Positions 62,053-64,000 of a DNA stretch of 64,000 nt are shown piece after piece; the first letter of the stretch is position 1, and each line of letters starts with the position of its first letter. The notes under the pieces are model-generated. The model worked only from the letters and a program-made list of their open reading frames with translations, did not search any database and was not told the origin of the DNA. The translations under genes were made by a program, and so were the position numbers. The stretch comes from Patescibacteria group bacterium (lineage in GTDB: Bacteria > Patescibacteriota > Patescibacteriia > UBA2591 > JAQUPP01): NCBI GenBank assembly GCA_028717225.1, contig JAQUOF010000001.1:30322-94321 (forward strand), given 5' to 3'.

Positions 62053-63468
62053 ATGTTTAAAAATTTTCATAAAAAATATCTTTTTTTAACACTGGCAGTT
62101 TTAATACTGGTTATTTTTATTGTTTTAATTTCCTTTTTTTATTATAAACCGGATAATCTGATAAATTACGCGCCTTCCAACACGCTTTTTTATCTGCATT
62201 TTGATTTAAATAAATTTCACCAAGGCGGTTATTTGGGAAATAAGTGGTTGAAAGAACACTGGCCGGAGAAAACAATGAATTCTTTTTTAACCAGCCAATC
62301 AGATTTAGCTATTGTTGGCGCCAATTTTCGCCAAGCGGATATTTCTTTATTCAGAGAGGCCGGTTGCTTTGTTTTTTTTGAAAATAATTATTCTCAAAAC
62401 CCTTCTCTGGTTTTTATTTTTAAAACCAGAGCCCGTGGCGCTGATTTTCCTTTAATTGTTTCCAACGCCGGTTCGGAAACTTTTCATTACAAAAGATTAA
62501 CTTCTGATATTTGGGCAATAGCCTCTCGGCCGGAAATTTTAGACAGTATTCAATTGAATTCGGGGGGTTTTAGAAAACAAGTTAAAGATTTTCATTTTTC
62601 TTCAGAATTGGCTTGGGGAAAGGGATATTTTAATTTAAAAGAATTTATTAATTCACCTTTATTTAAAGCGGATATTTTAGGGTTAAACCCCGAGATTGTT
62701 GATAAAATCAAGAATTTTAAGAGCGTATTTTTGAAAATTAATTTTATTCCATACCAAAATTCTTTAGTCCTAGATATAGATTTTGACAATTCTTTAAAAC
62801 CATTTTTAAATTCAAATAATCAAGGGTTTGGTTGGGAACAAGGAAAAAGTTTTATTATTTCTTCTCTTCAAGATGATTTTAGAACTACTGCTCTTCTATG
62901 GGGCGGTTCGGATTTATTTTTCCCGGATATTAAAAATTTTTCTCCGAGTTTGATTTCTTTAAATCAAATAAAGCAAGAATCAACCTCAATTGATGAATTA
63001 AATATGACGATTATTTCTTCTAATCTCAAGACTATGGATAACTTAGAGGAAAAGATTAAAGAAAATTGGGCTTTTAAAAATCCGGTTGAAAAAAAAGTAA
63101 TTTTACCGGACAAAACTTCTTTTATTGAATTGGTGGCCGATCCGAGTATTTTTAATTTTGACGAAAAGTTTATTAACAATTTAAAACTATCTTATTTTTC
63201 AGACAATGAAACCGAAATAGCCCTGGCCCAAAACGACCAATATGCATTTATTTCAAACAGCATTCCGTCTTTAGAAAAAATACTGATTAATTATCAGCCA
63301 ACTTCTCAAATAAATAATAATTTAAATATTTCCAATTATTTCTCTCCGGATATTTTAAGAAAAAATTTCTCTCCGGTCTTATATTGGAGAATTAAACAGT
63401 TTGGAGTAGAGGATATGGTGATTATTAATCAAAACCAAAAAATCAAAGGTTGTCTAAGATTATTTTAG
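62053..63468 (+). CDS. N-terminally membrane-anchored hypothetical protein (471 aa)
   Basis: Single N-terminal TM (LFLTLAVLILVIFIVLISFFYY) with a large extracytoplasmic domain; no motifs. Confidence 0.5.
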   Translation: MFKNFHKKYLFLTLAVLILVIFIVLISFFYYKPDNLINYAPSNTLFYLHFDLNKFHQGGYLGNKWLKEHWPEKTMNSFLTSQSDLAIVGANFRQADISLFREAGCFVFFENNYSQNPSLVFIFKTRARGADFPLIVSNAGSETFHYKRLTSDIWAIASRPEILDSIQLNSGGFRKQVKDFHFSSELAWGKGYFNLKEFINSPLFKADILGLNPEIVDKIKNFKSVFLKINFIPYQNSLVLDIDFDNSLKPFLNSNNQGFGWEQGKSFIISSLQDDFRTTALLWGGSDLFFPDIKNFSPSLISLNQIKQESTSIDELNMTIISSNLKTMDNLEEKIKENWAFKNPVEKKVILPDKTSFIELVADPSIFNFDEKFINNLKLSYFSDNETEIALAQNDQYAFISNSIPSLEKILINYQPTSQINNNLNISNYFSPDILRKNFSPVLYWRIKQFGVEDMVIINQNQKIKGCLRLF

Positions 63469-63575
63469 ATGTGGATAACTTACCTTGAAAAAGATATGTT
63501 ATGCCCTAATATAAGAGCATCAAAATAAAGGGATTATCAAGAGAGAGCTTTTAATAACTTTAATTTTTCAAAATT

Positions 63576-63929
63576 ATGTTAAAAAACTTTTTAGCTTCAA
63601 TCAAAGAAGACCTTCTAAAACAAAGACAGGAATTAAAAAAACAATTGGAAGAAATTGCCAACAAAAGCGCTCGCAACCAAAATGGTTATGAAGCTAAATT
63701 TCCGGAATATGGCGACTCTGAAGATGAAAATGCCGACGAAGTGGCGACTTTTATTGATACTCTTTCTTTAGAAGACAATCTTGAAACTTCTCTAAATAAT
63801 GTTGAGGCCGCTTTAAAGAAACTTGAGAAAGGCAAATACGGGCTTTGTGAAAAATGCGGACAGCCGATTAATCCAAAAAGACTTCAAGCTTTGCCACAAG
63901 CCAAGCATTGTCTTGATTGTCATAAATAA
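63576..63929 (+). CDS. DksA/TraR-family C4 zinc-finger protein
   Basis: C-terminal CEKCGQPINPKRLQALPQAKHCLDCH (CxxC-N17-CxxC); coiled-coil N-terminus. Confidence 0.7.
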   Translation: MLKNFLASIKEDLLKQRQELKKQLEEIANKSARNQNGYEAKFPEYGDSEDENADEVATFIDTLSLEDNLETSLNNVEAALKKLEKGKYGLCEKCGQPINPKRLQALPQAKHCLDCHK

Positions 63930-64000
63930 CATTTTAAAATGAAAAATAAATTAATATTGATTAATATATTGGTTTTATTTTTTTTTATTTTAGACAGATT

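Noticed and set aside
1-64000. Alternative genetic code (UGA as Gly or Trp, as in some candidate-phylum lineages)
   Set aside because: Long housekeeping ORFs (leuS, the pyruvate phosphate dikinase gene, ftsH, the 8.4-kb giant gene) are intact under the standard code and end in TAA/TAG. Nothing requires recoding.

Overview
The window is low-GC (about one-third GC) bacterial DNA read with the standard code (TAA/TAG stops dominate; no sign of UGA recoding). Gene content and style point to a small-genome, probably host-associated uncultivated lineage such as CPR/Patescibacteria; this assignment is inferred from gene content, not demonstrated. Confident housekeeping calls are leuS, rsmA/ksgA, a pyruvate phosphate dikinase, rpsF-ssb-rpsR-efp, pilT, dnaN, HU, ftsH, an S1-domain protein, deoC, a YifB/ComM-family ATPase, and two spermidine-synthase genes, one of them fused to an S-adenosylmethionine decarboxylase domain. 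Four tRNAs are present: Arg-CCT, Ala-CGC, Arg-TCG and Lys-CTT.

Accessory content is a surface-protein locus: a partial Pro/Glu/Lys-rich protein, a 908-aa polytopic membrane protein that looks VirB6/TrbL-like, a secreted protein with a T9SS-type C-terminal domain, and a 2807-aa cysteine-rich secreted giant protein with CBM4/9-like motifs. The giant gene is preceded by a membrane-anchored protein with dockerin-like Ca-binding loops and follows leuS-ksgA on the same strand. Elsewhere there are a LysM-LysM-CHAP hydrolase, a HypA plus Mrp/MinD-type ATPase pair, a palindrome-flanked SPL-type radical-SAM gene, and a B12-binding radical-SAM gene beside a TrmB-like regulator.

The most striking unexplained signal is the perfect 16-bp palindrome TCCGCCAGCTGGCGGA, present six times. 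Three copies sit in-frame inside leuS, a GT4 glycosyltransferase and an RNA methyltransferase, read in two different frames. One lies in a 5' UTR. Two lie inside decayed tRNA-Lys copies flanking an intact tRNA-Lys. Other recurring structure: two paralogous MITE-like inverted-repeat elements carrying an outward GGGGTTGAC promoter; an extended-promoter motif GGGGTTGACA-N17-TTAAAT/TAATAT that heads a cassette of small protein genes; a tRNA-Ala embedded in an 11-bp inverted repeat; and an AAGCTAATAAGCT-like intergenic repeat family.
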